The position numbers and the translations under genes are program-made. Below are positions 15,838 to 33,399 of a DNA stretch of 64,000 bases, one piece after another. The first letter of the stretch is position 1. Each line of letters opens with the position of its first letter. The stretch lies in NCBI RefSeq assembly GCF_009914755.1, contig NC_060932.1. One strand, given 5' to 3'. Origin of the DNA: the human T2T-CHM13v2.0 reference genome, Homo sapiens. The notes below the pieces were generated by a model. That model worked only from the letters and a program-made list of their open reading frames with translations. It ran no database searches and had not been told where the DNA came from.

Positions 15838-16537
15838 TGTATTATTTTTCTGCAAATATTTCCTCTCCCCTCTGCACCTGTCCTGCCCCTACCCCCAGGA
15901 GGAAAGTACTTCCAAGCGAAGTTGCGTTAGGCTGGCTGACTTGCTGTGGCTAATGGAATGAAGGAAGTAGCAACTCCTGCTAGTTGCAGGCTTAAAGAAT
16001 CTTGGAGGCTGGGTGCAGTGGCTCACGCCCATAATCCCAGCACTTTGGGAGGCTGACACAGGCAGATCACAAGGTCAGGAGATCGAGACCATCCTGGCCA
16101 ACATGGTTAAACCCTGTTTCTACTAAAAATACAAAAATTGGCTGGGCATGGTAGCACATGCCTGTAATCTCAGCTACTCAGGAGGCTGAGGCAGGAGAAT
16201 CGCTTGAACCAGAGTTGGAGGTTGCAGTGAGCTGAGATCGCGTCACTGCACTCCAGGTCACAGGAGGAAAAAAAGAAAAGATTCTTGGAGATTTTTCACT
16301 AATCTTCCATCCACTCTCCATCCACTATGGAAAGTGCGCATTCTAGATAGAAGTATCTCCATCAGCCTGAGTCCCAGACTAAAGACACAGGAAGCATATG
16401 TGAAGCCAAAGGCAGCCTGGAGCAGCAGTACTGCAGACTGCCCATGACCTCCAAGGGAGAAATAAATGCTTGTTGCTGCAAGCCACTGAACTTTCTCTTA
16501 AAACACAACATTATCGTAGTGAAGGCTGATTAACACA
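15838..16537 (+). mobile_element. MaLR LTR (MLT1H-like), interrupted by an Alu
   Basis: gagaaataaatgcttgttgctgcaagccactga...gctgattaacaca. Confidence 0.65.
16007..16272 (+). mobile_element. AluSc-like
   Basis: gatcacaaggtcaggagatcgagaccatcctggccaacatgg. Confidence 0.9.
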
Positions 16538-16544
16538 ATCATTG

Positions 16545-16820
16545 CATTCATTCAGAAAATATTCCGAGCATTCACACACTCAAATCCTATGGTTGTTCTT
16601 TAATGAATAAGACTGAATGTCTTCTGTTCTCAGGCAGCTCGCAGTCTAGAAAGTAAGACAGAAAAGGATGCAAATAACCCAAATACAAAATATATAGTGA
16701 GTGATATGAGAGAATCAAGTATACTAAGAGGTTTGGCACAGAAACAGATTATTTCTGGCTTGGAGGAATCACGGAACTTCTTGGAAGAGGTGACATTTGA
16801 GGTGGAGTCTTGAAGATTTA
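16545..16820 (-). mobile_element. L2 3' relic
   Basis: cattcattcagaaaatattccgagc...gaggtgacatttgaggtggagtcttgaag. Confidence 0.65.
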
Positions 16821-17023
16821 TACATATATATATAGAAAGATATGGGTAAATAGTATATATGTTACTCCTGAACTGTTCATTCTACAATCAGCTACTTTAG
16901 ATGAGGAAAACGCAATCGTATATAGATAGAAAGCAAAAGAATACACTTTAACACAACATATCTAGTTATTAAGGTAGACAGGTATACGGGTACAAACAAT
17001 ATATTAGAATAAGAGGAAGGTAA

Positions 17024-17324
<301 letters not shown>

Positions 17325-17498
17325 TGAAAAATTTTTGTCACTTTATTTAATGACATTAAATAGTTTAAGTTTCAACTACTAAACAGCACTTTGAATGGTG
17401 AAAGCACAGGTAGTATATCGTCAAACTTTAATGCTTTTCTTTAAAAACACAATTCTAGTCCTTATCTATATTACAAAACACCCTTAAAGGAAGAAGTG

Positions 17499-17815
<317 letters not shown>

Positions 17816-19307
17816 CTACAGTACTTAAGATACTCAGTACAGAACTGAAAAGCAGTCTAACAGAAACAAAGGCGAGTCTTGACAGCTGTATGATTTCAGC
17901 AGCCAAAGCTGGATGATGGACTGAAACATTACTATACAACTGGGAAAAAACATGTACAATATCACAATAGCAAGCAAAAGCGCTTTACACCCAAAGAAAT
18001 AAAACAGGTTACAAAATGTGGAGGATTTAGCAGGCAAAACTGTGTTACAAGCAACCTTTTAATCATCATTTTTAATCCATTGCAAGTATTTAAAACATCT
18101 AAAACAAATATAAAATGAGCCTTTTAGTATTTTATTGATGTGGTTTCTTTGTCTTTAAATATTTGTTAAAGCTTAACGTTATACTCAGAGTACATATTAT
18201 GCAGCTAAAACGTCAAGTAAGAAGAGTGTATGCAAAGTGGTCCAAGTTTTATTTCAAACTCTGATTTCCAATTAATCCTTCTAAGTATTATTCTTTAAGT
18301 TATAGTTTCATCCATGGTGAAAAAGGTTTAGAAGGTTGCCTAAAATTTTCACATCTATGTCTTTGAGTAAATAATTAGTCCACGTTGAAAAGTCCCAGGT
18401 CTAGTAAATCAGGTTTAAAATATTCTGAACTTGTAGAAACACCAACTGATAAGAGTTGGCCACAGTTTACTGCCTTCAAGTATTTCTCATAAATCTTGTC
18501 TTTTTCATTTTTTCTAAAGTAAATACACACCTGCTCGGCCCAATTAAATAAATCTGATTACATGGCTGGCATAATATCTAAATATCCAGAATTTATTAGT
18601 GATAGCTCATCATGGGAAGGTGGTGCGGGGGTGGCGGTGGATCCACCAAACCTCACAAATTCTTTATCACAATCCTAGTGCTCTTGGATGATTTACCACT
18701 AGTGCTTTCAAGATAAATATGGCAATCTTAAGTATCCAAACAACTCAAAGCAGTTTTAACTAATGTTAAACTCATTCTAATCCAGTGACATCTAGAGCAA
18801 AGCCTACATCAAGTTTTCTTTTGTTTTTCTTTTCTGGAATTCTTAAGCTGTTTCACTACCTGTTATATCATTATCTCAAAAATGGTTTTGCTATGTTGAG
18901 TTGACTCCCATAGTCAAAAACAATGTTTTCTTTAAAAATTCAAGTAACCAAAATTATACACGAATAAAATTACAAGACATTTTTACAGAACCGGATTAAG
19001 AAAAAATAAAAGCATACATTTTCTAGTAAAACTTCTAATAAAAGGGTATTGGATAAATTAATTTTGATTTAATAATTGTCTCACAGTCTAAAATAACTCT
19101 GAAACAATTTAAAAAAATGTAAGGAAACTGGGGTAAAAGAATATGACGATGAGAGAAAAGAAGCGCCTAGAAGCCAGTGATTCTTATCTTTCAGAGGAAT
19201 TATTTCACAATACTGATAGTACTGGGAATTGTTAAAGCACATTCTTCCTGTGAACCGTAAGTCAGCAATGGTTCTGCCATTTTGATGTTGTTCATAAAAC
19301 AGGGTGT

Positions 19308-19657
<350 letters not shown>

Positions 19658-20580
19658 CTAGAACTTGATTTTCGAAGTCCGCATCCCACTGCCAGGAACA
19701 GGATGAAGCACCAGCATGGCACCATGCAGCTAAAAGATGTGCTTTCTATTCACGCCAGGAGACAGAAAATTCATGTGTGGAAGATAATCCACAACCTGAT
19801 TCATCTCACAAGTTGAACTCTAATGTAAAGTTATTGCTGCCATAGATTTCTAGTTGCTTAGAAGACTTTGCTTCTTAATTGTCTGTGGATAAACTAGTTC
19901 ACTTTAGTTTTGTTTTGTTTTTAAGGTAAGCTCACACCAGCCGTGCTTGCAGGGGTGAGGGAATTACTTCACCCTGAGCACAGAGGTGTTTCATGGCAAG
20001 TAGTTACATCGAGTCCACTTTCATGAAAACAATCCTGTCTGAGGAAAGAGTTCAGAGGAGAGGCTGGCCCATCAGAAAGGTGTCTCATCCGATTTCAGTA
20101 TGGAAAGAGGTCTTCACGTACCCTGATCCCACCCCATCATTATATTGGTGAAGCATAGAGGCTCAGGGAAGCTGAGGGACCCTCTGAAAGTCACACAGGC
20201 TGTTTGTGGCAGCCGTGGGGATTGTAGGCGGGCCTCTTGATTCTCTATCCTCTTCTTACTTTTATTTCTAACAATTATAATGAGAGAGAGAAAGAGAGAG
20301 TGCAAGTTAGACAAATAGATATCTACTTACCTATCTATCTATCCTTCACTGTATATTTGTGCCCTGCCTTGTGCTAAGTTCAGTTTAAAAATAGAATGTA
20401 AAAGTGAGTTTAGGGCCCATGTCACAAGTGTCTACAGGGTCTAGACCATTCCATAAGCCTAGAACAAAGACAGCAGCTGTGGGTATACTTGGACAGACTG
20501 TGGCCAGAGAGGCAGAAGGGCCCACTGTGGCCAGAATTTATGATATTTTTCATTTTGGATATTGTTTTGAGGCAAGATTA

Positions 20581-20940
<360 letters not shown>

Positions 20941-22136
20941 TTAGAAAAAATGAGAAGAGTACTTAGAAAAAGGCCAGGGTTCTGATTTGGGAGACACACA
21001 AAGTATCTCCTGGTCAAGATAAGGGAATGCACCTGGCAGCCCATGAAGAGACAGAGATGAATTTACCCCCAGTAGGTACAGACAGAACCACACTCAAGGA
21101 CCAGATAGGATTGTTCTCACTGGATGCCACAGTACAAAAGGGAACAACTAGAGAACACACACTCTCACCCGTGCCATCCCTGCCCTGGCTATGGTGCTAG
21201 ACAAGCCCCTGGAATGTATATCATTTTTCAGGGAAAAGAAGAAGGGGGCAAGGAAAATCCTAAAATGACTGGAAAACCCTTGCCGTGATAGGTATGCTTG
21301 GAACTGGCTAGACTTTCTATCTTCAGGAAGAATGGAGGTTTAAGATAGGCTTTAGGTTTCATTATAGAAAAATTTAGGTAGATTTCTGCATACTTAAGTC
21401 TGTGCCCATAAAAGTCGTACTCACTGCACACAGAGGAAGGGAGTGGCGATTCCAAATGAGGCTAAGTATCTTAGAAAGCCGGGTGCTTGGGTTCCTGCCT
21501 GGATGTCTTGTTTCTTTGGATAACTATTCTATTTCATGCCCTTTGCTAAAATAACGTCCTATGAGGTTTCCATATATTGTGCTATGACTAAGACCCATGC
21601 AGAAACATCAAGCCCAAGGGAAAAATCAACACATTTGTTTTTTTCCATGTTGACAGTATGCTTTGGAAATGTGGAATTTCCTCCCAAATGTTTCTATTAA
21701 AACAGCCCTACCCACAAATGCCTTCTTATTTTAAAACTACATGCAAAATAAGGGAAAACGGAATGTACCTATACCAAAATCCACAGAAAGCAGTCCACAA
21801 ATACAAGAAAAGGCTCAAAACCATGGTGTAGCTTTGACAGTCTGAATTTAACTTTTACTTAAGTAAATCTTTATGAAAGCAAAACACTAGGAAAATATAT
21901 CCTCCAATTTCTTTAGGTTTTAGCCTAACCATTAGATCTCTAGAAGGTTGCAGTACCTTTCATTGCAGCAATGGATTTAAGGAGAAGTTGGCATCTCCAA
22001 CAAACTCCAATGAGGGCATTGCAGTGACCCGGGTGCTACATCTGGACCTACCAATCACTCCCAGTGAGGCTTAGGAAATGAGGTGCAGTGCCTCTCCTGA
22101 ACCTTATTTAATCATCTTTAAAATGAGAGGACCCCA

Positions 22137-22435
<299 letters not shown>

Positions 22436-23190
22436 AGAGAGAGAGAGAGAATGCCTAGATGATTCTAGGCCCTTTCCAGCTTTCACACCATTTGATTCTA
22501 CTTTTTATTCATGCAACTTCTAGATATACAGCTTGGCAAGTCCTTTAGAATTTAACATTTTTTCCTCTTAATAGTGCGTGTTTTGACCAGTCTATCAGAG
22601 CTCATTTTGTTCATCTTCCTAAAGGTTGATTCAGAATTGATCTTTATACTTACACGCACAAAGAGGGTGTCAATGCTGGAAGAATTCTACCATCCTATGC
22701 AGCCTTTAGATCAAGTAATTCCACCTTGGGCATGGCAAGGGACTATGGATTACTCAGAAAAGAAAAGTATTAACCCGTGGAAGGAGAAAGCATGATTTTC
22801 CATTTGAAAGAGAACAGGCATATTCCAGCACAGACTGCTCACTATAAACCATTGTCTAATTTCTTTATTTCCATACAGCTTTATTGACAGATACATAAGC
22901 ATTTGAGGGCAGTTCACAGCATTGATAGTTTGCTTTCAAGCACAGTATTGATAAATAGAGAGCTCAGGAAACAATCACAATCAGTAAAATTCTGTAAAAG
23001 CATGACATGCCAGGAAGGAACACCATAAGATTACAGAGAAGAAAGAGAGAACCAGAAAGAAAAATAAAACAATTTTTAAAAGATCCCAGAAAGGAAATTT
23101 TACAGCCTCTAAAGTCTGAATGGAGAAAGGCATTCAACTAGCAGTAGAATATGATCTAAAATTAAAAGTAAATAGAAAATAAGAAGAAAG

Positions 23191-23667
<477 letters not shown>

Positions 23668-24329
23668 TCATCAGCATTGTTGGCTTAAACCTATGTCACT
23701 ATATTTATTCTCATCTTGGCCATTTATTTAGCCCAGGACTATGTGGTTACAGTATTTAAATAATTTGTTAATATACTCTTAAATGGAAGACAGTTAAATT
23801 AACATATGAACAGTTGTTAGACAACATATACATATATAAATTAATTAATATAATAATATAAGATGGAACTAAAGATGATTCTTGAACTTTTCTTCACAAC
23901 AATATTTTTTCTAGGTCCACTCACATAGAATATGCAGATTATAAACAAACTTATGAATGTAACATTAAAGATTAGTTATCACCACTTATAGCTATCAAAT
24001 ATTTTTAAAATGATAGTCAAATAATTATGCCAAGATTCTTAAAGCATTAGAATCTGGGCCATATTGAATACTTTGAAGAAAGTTTGAGAACTTTCACTAG
24101 AAACATCCACATTATGATGACTAAACAGAGTAACAGAAATGAATGTAATATGAATGTAATGCTTTAAGGTTTCTTATTTTTTAAGTAAGAGCTTTCTCAA
24201 AGAGCGCTTAAACATTTGCTGCTATTGGTTTATTCATACAGGATTTCACATTTAAATTCATCAAAGCCTTTAAACAAAATAACTTGAGGTAAAGAGTTCA
24301 AAGTACATGCGTTTAGACAACTCCAATTT

Positions 24330-24500
24330 TTCTCTTTCTTTCTTTCTTTCTTTATTTTTTTTTTCAGAGACAGAGTCTCACTCAGTCACCTAGGCTGGAG
24401 GGCAGTGGCATAAGCATAGCTCATGGCAGCCTCAAACTCCTGGGCTCAAGCTATCCTCCTGAGTAGTTGGGACTACAGGTGTGCAACACTATGATCAGGT
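24330..24500 (-). mobile_element. AluJ right-arm fragment
   Basis: gagacagagtctcactc...ctcctgggctcaagctatcctcc. Confidence 0.8.
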
Positions 24501-25044
24501 ATATTTAATTTGCATACTCTATTTGAGCGGATCTAAGAAAAATATTGTTTTGCAGAAAGTTCAACAAAAATTCGCTTGAATTTGTCTTGTTGTACAAGAG
24601 ACCCATTTAAAGCAGGACTCAATCATCCAAGGGGGTTTTGAGTGGATGCTACTCCACAAATCTAAGTCAAAAAGCTACATGCTCTTTCTTCAGAGAAATA
24701 AGGAATGTAATTGCTTACTGAAAGAAACCCAGACATCTCATGAAACCGTGGGAGAAAGATTAGAAGAGTGACATGGCTTATCCAGGGCCATGTGGCTCAT
24801 CTGAACACAACCGCAAGTGAGATGGGCCATACCCTTTTCACCTCCCAAAGCTACTATTATTGTAATTTCTCTTACGATTGCAGTAGGCGGGAGTGTTGCT
24901 CTTACAAGTGACCTCTTTTTTAGGAAACAATGCAATTAAACACATATTTCTATGCTGATCCTCAGACCTCCTGATCTATACCCTCACTGTGTGATCTTTC
25001 AACCAACCTTTATTGAGGAAAATACTTTGGACAAGGATTGAGCT

Positions 25045-25270
25045 CAGAATAATCGTTGTTCTTATTTTTTGAGCACTTACTATATGCCAGGCACTGTTCT
25101 GAAAATTTTCCATGCAGTAAGTCATTTAACTCTCCAAACAATCACACGAGCTATTATTTTTGTTTGCATTTTACACATAAAAAAGAAGAAAGAAAAACAG
25201 ACACAGACAGGCTAAGCAACTTGTGTAAGATCACTGAGTAAGTGGTATAGTCAGGATTCAAATCTAAGTA
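25045..25270 (-). mobile_element. MIR
   Basis: ttgagcacttactatatgccaggcactgttct...ggattcaaatctaag. Confidence 0.75.
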
Positions 25271-25674
25271 GGAGAAAATCCCCCCGTGCCCTGCTGAATG
25301 CAAAGGCTAAGTGGGAGATAAACTCAAACAACAGGGCCAATATTTTGTATTTTGTGTGTAGGTACATTGGGGAGTTTACTGTATTTAACCTTCTTTCTTC
25401 ATCTGCCTTGAGGGGATTTAAATTGTTGCCAAAGAAATGAATGCCAAAAACAAGAAAACATTAGCAGTCAAATTCTAACATTCAAAATAGAACTTTTCAT
25501 TACAAAATCAGCTTGAGAGCCAGGCACTATTGAGATATGATGTGAAGGAAAGAACGGGCTAGGCTTGGCTGTCCAGACCACAGAGCTTCACAGTACAGCC
25601 AATCAGGGAGAAGAGGAGGAAAGCCCCTTTCTCTTCCAAGGGATTGTGGGAATAAGACGGTTGGCAGAGATGGT

Positions 25675-26373
25675 TGTATGTGTGATGGACTTGAGAAATA
25701 TTGGAGGATGGAGGACTTAGGAGTTTGGCAGGGGGTCCTGGGACAACCTTGGTATCCCAGGATAAAGCAAAGGGCAGAGCAGCCAGTTCGGGCAGAGGAA
25801 GGTTCCAATCTGCCCTCCTAGGCTTCCCACACCCAAGTCATACAGCAGGGATGCTAAGTTAGGGACAGCATCATTGCAGGAGTGCTGGGAGTAGACCACC
25901 TGAAATAGGGGGAAGAATGGAGAACATACAGCGTCATGGAGGAGTCTACACCTTGGGGGACTAAATAAGCAAGAAGATGATTCCTGAGTTGAGAAAGAGC
26001 TAAGTGTGAGTCAGTGGTGGTAGGCCCCAGTAGAATGCAGGAACATCCTCTCTCAGCTGGGGAAACAGAGGGTGAGAGAGTGTGGCATGGATCGAAGGAC
26101 CCTGTGATCCTCCATCAGAGGTAGGCCATCCTCCCTCCTTGTCTCTGTAAACCCCAGAGGGTAGAATTGGGGGCATGCAAGTAAACAAACTTCCCAAAGA
26201 CTGGATGTTGTCAATGAGATGCTTAAATTATTGGAACAAACTCAGTTTGCAAAGCCAAAGTAAGTTTGGTTACTTTATCTCTCAGAGAAAGAGGGATGGA
26301 GGTGGTAGTTGTCAATTCATGAGGAAGCCCAGAACAACTACAAACAAGTTAAAGGGACTACACTCTTCCTACA
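25675..26373 (+). mobile_element. Old LTR-like element (family uncertain)
   Basis: TG...CA-bounded, purine-rich non-Alu segment ending ctcttcctaca. Confidence 0.3.
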
Positions 26374-26439
26374 TGACTGAGTTATGGTAGTACTTAGAAA
26401 AAAAAAAAGGTCTTGCTGTATATAAAAACTGTTAACAAT

Positions 26440-26990
26440 TATCAGAGGAGTGTGCACCAGAGCAACTCCATCTTGAATAGGGGCTGTGTAAAATAAGGCT
26501 GAGACCTACAGGGCTGCATTCCCAGACGGTTAAGGCATTCTAAGTCACAGGATGAGATGGGAGGTTGGCACAAGATACAGGTCATAAAGACCTTGCTGAT
26601 AAAACAGGTTGCAGTAAAGAGGCTGGCCAAAACCCGCCAAAACCAAGATGGTAATAAGAGTGACCTCTGGTTGTCCTCACTGCTACACTACCATCAGCAC
26701 CACGACAGTTTACAAATGCCATGGAAATGTCAGGAAGTTACCCCATACGGTCTGAAAAGGGGAGGTGCTAATCCACCCCTTGTTTAGCATATAATCAAGA
26801 AATAACCATAAAAATGGGCAATTAGCAGCCCTCAGGGCTGCTCTGTCTATGGAGTAGCCATTCTTTTATTCCTTTACTTTCTTAATAAACTTTCCTTTCA
26901 CTTTACCCTATGGACTTGCCCTGAATTCCTTCTTGCACGAGATCCAAGAACCCTCTCTTGGGGTCTGGACTGAGACCTTTTCCGGTAACA
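26440..26990 (+). mobile_element. MER41A solo LTR (ERV1)
   Basis: Starts tatcagaggagtgtgcaccagagcaactccatc, ends tccggtaaca; lacks the tandem GAS segment found in MER41B. Confidence 0.88.
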
Positions 26991-26994
26991 TAAT

Positions 26995-27260
26995 GAAGCA
27001 CGGAAAGGTTTGTAGTAGAATAACAACACTGCTTCCTATATGTCAGACGCTGTCCTCAGCAGGTTATAGCTATTAATTTATTTAAGGCTTACAACATCCC
27101 TATGACAGGTGCTATTATTATCACAGTTTAGCAGATGAGGAAACTGAGACACAGAGAGGTTACGTAACCAGGCTCCAGATCACATAGCTGATAAATAACC
27201 GAGGTGGGATTGAACCTAGGTAGCCTGGCTCTCAAGTTCATGCCCTTAACCTCCGTGCTA
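26995..27260 (-). mobile_element. MIR
   Basis: ttttagcagatgaggaaactgagacacagagaggtta-type core. Confidence 0.8.
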
Positions 27261-28179
27261 CACATTGCATGGAGGCAATACAAAGATGAGAAGACCCACT
27301 CTGCCATTTGCAGAGGAAGCGCTGTTGGGGGTTTGGCCTCAGAGGTGGGGAAGGGAAGCAAAAGGGTGAGAAACAGGAGCAAAGGCACTGAAGCCTCAAG
27401 GCACACACATGCAGGGAAGAGCAAGGCAGTAGACTCCTAACGTGCAAAGGGATTCGTCTGCAGGGCTGCTAGAATATTCTATCCGTGAATACCACTATGG
27501 CTGCTGCAGCGTAGCACATTTGATACCCAAGATTTCTTTGTTCTGGCTGAGAACCAAAAGTTCCTAACACTTCCATGCTTTGACTTAACTTCCACTTCAT
27601 GATCATTTTGTAAAAAGAAACACCTTTTATTACTTTATGAGAATGCCCTAACGATGAATATGAAACAATAAGGCTCAGTCCATTGAGAAGGCTTGAAGCC
27701 AGCGAGGCTCACTCACTAGCTGGGTGACTCACAGCTCATACCCCTCATACGTCTGTAATATGAATTCATGCCTCAGCAGAGCGGCTCACAGATAGACAAC
27801 ACCAGGAAAGTGAAATCTGGGAATGTGAGGAGCCTACCATGTCCTGCGGGCTGGACCACACGGTATGGAGGAGAAGAGGAGGAACGGAAGCTGGCAGGTC
27901 AGCAGAGGCTGAGTTCTGACAGGCCTCGCATGCCCAGCTCAGGAAGACATGGGAGTCAGAGGAAAACGGGGGCCAAGAAAGGAACTGTACAGCATGGTCA
28001 TTCTCTCGATCTAATGATTCCGGATAGTTTTTCTTTCTTTGAATATTTTCCTCACATTTATTGGCTTCACATTTGTGTTTCTTATTTTCTGAATTTTCAA
28101 TTTTGCCTTTGTTCATTGAATATTCATATGTTAAAACACCTTTAAAGATGCTTTTGTATTAAAATATTAACCGATATAC

Positions 28180-28943
<764 letters not shown>

Positions 28944-29562
28944 ATATGTTGTGAATATTTTGCTCATTGTGGTGTGTTATTTACTTCTGAAACTTATTTA
29001 AACTGCTTTTTATATGAAAAGTTAAAAAAAATTATGTGGCCAAGTCTATATACTTTCCTTCATGGTTTCCTTCTGGTTTCTTATATTATTATTTTCTGAG
29101 CAGAAAAGCAAACCTATGGTTTTTTATGTCTGCCTCATGGTTCCATTACAGCTTAGAGGTTAAGAACTCAGGTTCTAAGTCCAATGAAGGTGAGGTTGAA
29201 TCCTGGTTCTGCTCTCCACTGACTGTGAGCCATTTTTCTTCCTATAGTTTCCTCTCCAATTTTGAGCCAGGCACTCAATAAACCAATGAGAGACATAGTC
29301 TCTCCATTATGCAGATGGAAAAATTAGTATTTAGAGAGGTGAAGTTAATTGTGCGGTAAGTGGGAGTTAAAATTGGACACGAGTTTTCCTGTTTTTAGAG
29401 GCTGGGCTCTTACCAGTTACACTTATTCTATACTCCCTCACATGGGACTTGATTGTTACAGTCCTTTACTATCTTGTAGAATAAGTTTTGCTAGCATTTT
29501 GCTTGGGGTGTTCACATTTATGGTCAGAAGTGAGAAGATAGTACAGTTTGTAGGAAGTCTGC

Positions 29563-29618
29563 AGGTAGTTTGAACAGTTTATAGGTAGTTTGAACAGTTT
29601 GTAAGTAGTTTGAACAAT
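29563..29618. repeat. 20-bp tandem repeat, about 2.8 copies
   Basis: aggtagtttgaacagtttat / aggtagtttgaacagtttgt / aagtagtttgaacaat. Confidence 0.85.
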
Positions 29619-30468
29619 CTCTGGGCTCTGGCTAATATTCAGAACCTGGTGATGTCATCTGAAGCCTTAGTTATCATATTTGGCCCATGTCAAACACCAC
29701 ACTGGACTACATGCCCTGGCTTGGCACACAGTCTCTCTAACGAGACTTACAAAGAAAAGGGGGCTGAAGAGAGAAGAGAGCAGACTGGCTTAATCAACAG
29801 TATTTAGTAGTTACCCTCTCTGTGAGGAACAAAAGTATGCACTGTAAACGGACACTAAGAAGATTCTGCTCCCCTGGGCTGCTTAAAGCAGGAACAATGA
29901 TGTCAGGCGATGGTGTGAGTTCAGTTCAGAGCATGTTTTTAAATTAGCATTTAAGTTGATTAGAAACAGCTGGAAAATCAGAACGCTTGCATAACCTCTG
30001 CAATGATGCAGAGGGAAAGAATGCCCACTGCACAACCACAAGTTACCATCCTGAGTTGTTTTAGACAGGGAGATAATTCGCAGTCATTGCAAATTATTTT
30101 GCAAGCCCCGAACTTTTGGTCCCTTAAGTGTTCATCTTTATGTCTGTTCAGATAATATTGCTGCTCACTGCTGACTAGAGTCACAGCACTAAATACAAAA
30201 TTAACACCCATTTCGTCTTTACGAAGTGTTTTTTAAAAGTATTTAAATCAGTAAGAGATTCTTAACAATCAAATATAATTCTTTTCATTATTAAGTCATG
30301 GGCAGATGAAATAGAATATTCTCCAGAGAGTTGAGGAGTCAGATGTAAATCTCAGCCCTGAACATATAGGAAGAAATGTAAGTCTGGGTGAGCAGCACTG
30401 ATCCTGGGTCTGCTGCATCCTGATTTGCCTCCATCCTGGTGGCAGTGACGGTGGCCTATGCCCAGCCA

Positions 30469-30720
30469 CCAAGCTCCATCCCCAAGGCCAAGCTCCACTT
30501 CCTAGGCCAGGCTCCATTTCCCCAAAGCCAGACTCCACCCCCAAAACCAAGCTCCACCCCCAAGGCCAAGCTCCACTTCCTAGGCCAGGCTCCATTCTCC
30601 CAAGGCCAGGCTCCACCCCCAAAACCAAGCTCCACTCCCAAGGCCAGGTTCCATTCTCCCAAGGCCAGGCTCCACCCCCAAAACCAAGCTCCACTCCCAA
30701 GGCCAGGTTCCACCCCCATT
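30469..30720. repeat. C-rich minisatellite, 13 units of 19-21 bp with higher-order period
   Basis: Units such as ccaagctccacccccaagg, ccaggctccattctcccaagg, ccaggctccacccccaaaa; 78-bp block x2, then 59-bp blocks. Confidence 0.92.
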
Positions 30721-30977
30721 CCCTGGAGCCCCGCCTCCCCAGCCTGCCTGGGCAATTGTCCAAACTCTAGCCTCAGATCCTTGATTGAGTCTAGTGTTAG
30801 TTTCACTGAGAAATTGGAATATTTTGCTGGTCTTTTCTGTTCTTCATTTGTGTAGTGCAAAAAATAATCAAAATGCTAGGTGTCAACCCTACAGAGCCAC
30901 TGTCAGAATAAATAGAGGAACCTCTGATTTGTTTCAAATAAAACAATTTGCCTTTAAATGAAAATGATTACTGCTTA

Positions 30978-31818
<841 letters not shown>

Positions 31819-32143
31819 CTAAACAACCACTATTAACATATTGTCATGTTTTATGCCTTTACCCTGGCATAAAGTAGTTTGTTCTGTGTCTCTCTTCTCT
31901 CTTTATGCCATTCTTTCTCTGTCTCTTTTTTGTCTCCTCTCCCCATATGTTCTGCAAGAAGTCTTTATCTTTCAACCAGAGGCCACTGAGTTAATTTTCA
32001 CTCACAGAGAGGCCAGAGAGGTAAAAGGGGAAGTACGTACAGCAGGATCCACATTCCTGAAAAGTCCATATCTGGCCGTGGCCTTGCATCTCCACAGGCC
32101 CTCCCAGACCCCACCAGACCTAGAATCTCCATCAAGTTACTTC

Positions 32144-32533
32144 TGTTAAAAGAAAAACCTTAGACAAATTAAATTTAACACAGGTTAACTGAGCAAAGAA
32201 TGATTCACAAATCGGGCAGCCCCCAAACAAGAACAGGTTCAGAGAGGCTTCATCACAGCCACATGGTCCCAGAAAATTCATGGACAGGAAAAGGAAAGCG
32301 ATGGAAGGAAAAAGGAAGTGAGGTACAGAAACAGGCGGATTGGCTACAGCTTGCCATTTGCCTTATTGGAACACAGTTTGAACAGTTGGCTACCTCTGGC
32401 CGAAACTGTGACTGGCACAAGAGGAGGGTACAGGCTCTTTACACATCCAGTTAGGTTACAATTCACTATGTACAGAGACACTTTAGGCCAAACTTAAAAT
32501 ATGTAAAGAGGCAGCTTTAGGCTAAACTTAACA
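32144..32533 (-). mobile_element. MER57 solo LTR, TSD CTTC
   Basis: cttc|tgttaaaagaaaaacc...ggcagctttaggctaaacttaaca|cttc. Confidence 0.82.
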
Positions 32534-32657
32534 CTTCTTAATTGCCCACAACTGCCTACGTAGAGGGCCACTGACAATTATCTATGGGCAGCGCTGAAAG
32601 CAATGGATGGGACACAGAAGGACATATTTTATAGGCATCACCACTTTCTCCATGGCT

Positions 32658-32957
<300 letters not shown>

Positions 32958-33399
32958 TTTCCATGGCTTTTTGGCCCAAGATGAGCTCCACAAGTTCTAA
33001 GTGTTGTATCCAACCCCACCCCCACTCTGCCAGTATCTCTTAAACTACCCTATCTTGATAGTTGAATTTCTTTTTCTATTGGTGTGGCAGAGATGGTTAT
33101 AGCTTAGCAAATATTCCATTCGCTAGTCAACCATCCCAGCTCTTCTGTGGTTAGGTAAGACCATGTGACAAAAGCTTTCTTCCCTTCCTGACTTGAGGCC
33201 TGTACTCCATCCAGATGGTGCAGCTACAAGACAGCCTGTCAAGGGTCCATGTGGAGCAAAGACTGACCCACATGGGACATGGAGTGTGTGAGGGAGAGAA
33301 AGAGACTTCTGTTGAGCTTTTGAGGTGTGCGGTTTGTTTATTATTGAGGTACACTCTAGCATATTTTGACAAATGCAATTGGAGAGGCCCTTAGATGGT

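Noticed and set aside
30430-30447. CTCF-like ccatcctggtggcag next to the VNTR
   Set aside because: Several mismatches at core positions; too weak to call without ChIP data.
30469-30720. CRISPR-like appearance of the repeat array
   Set aside because: Units are contiguous with no unique spacers, there are no cas genes, and the DNA is primate.
30296-30860. 134-155 aa repetitive ORFs
   Set aside because: They result from the minisatellite; there is no splice or homology support.
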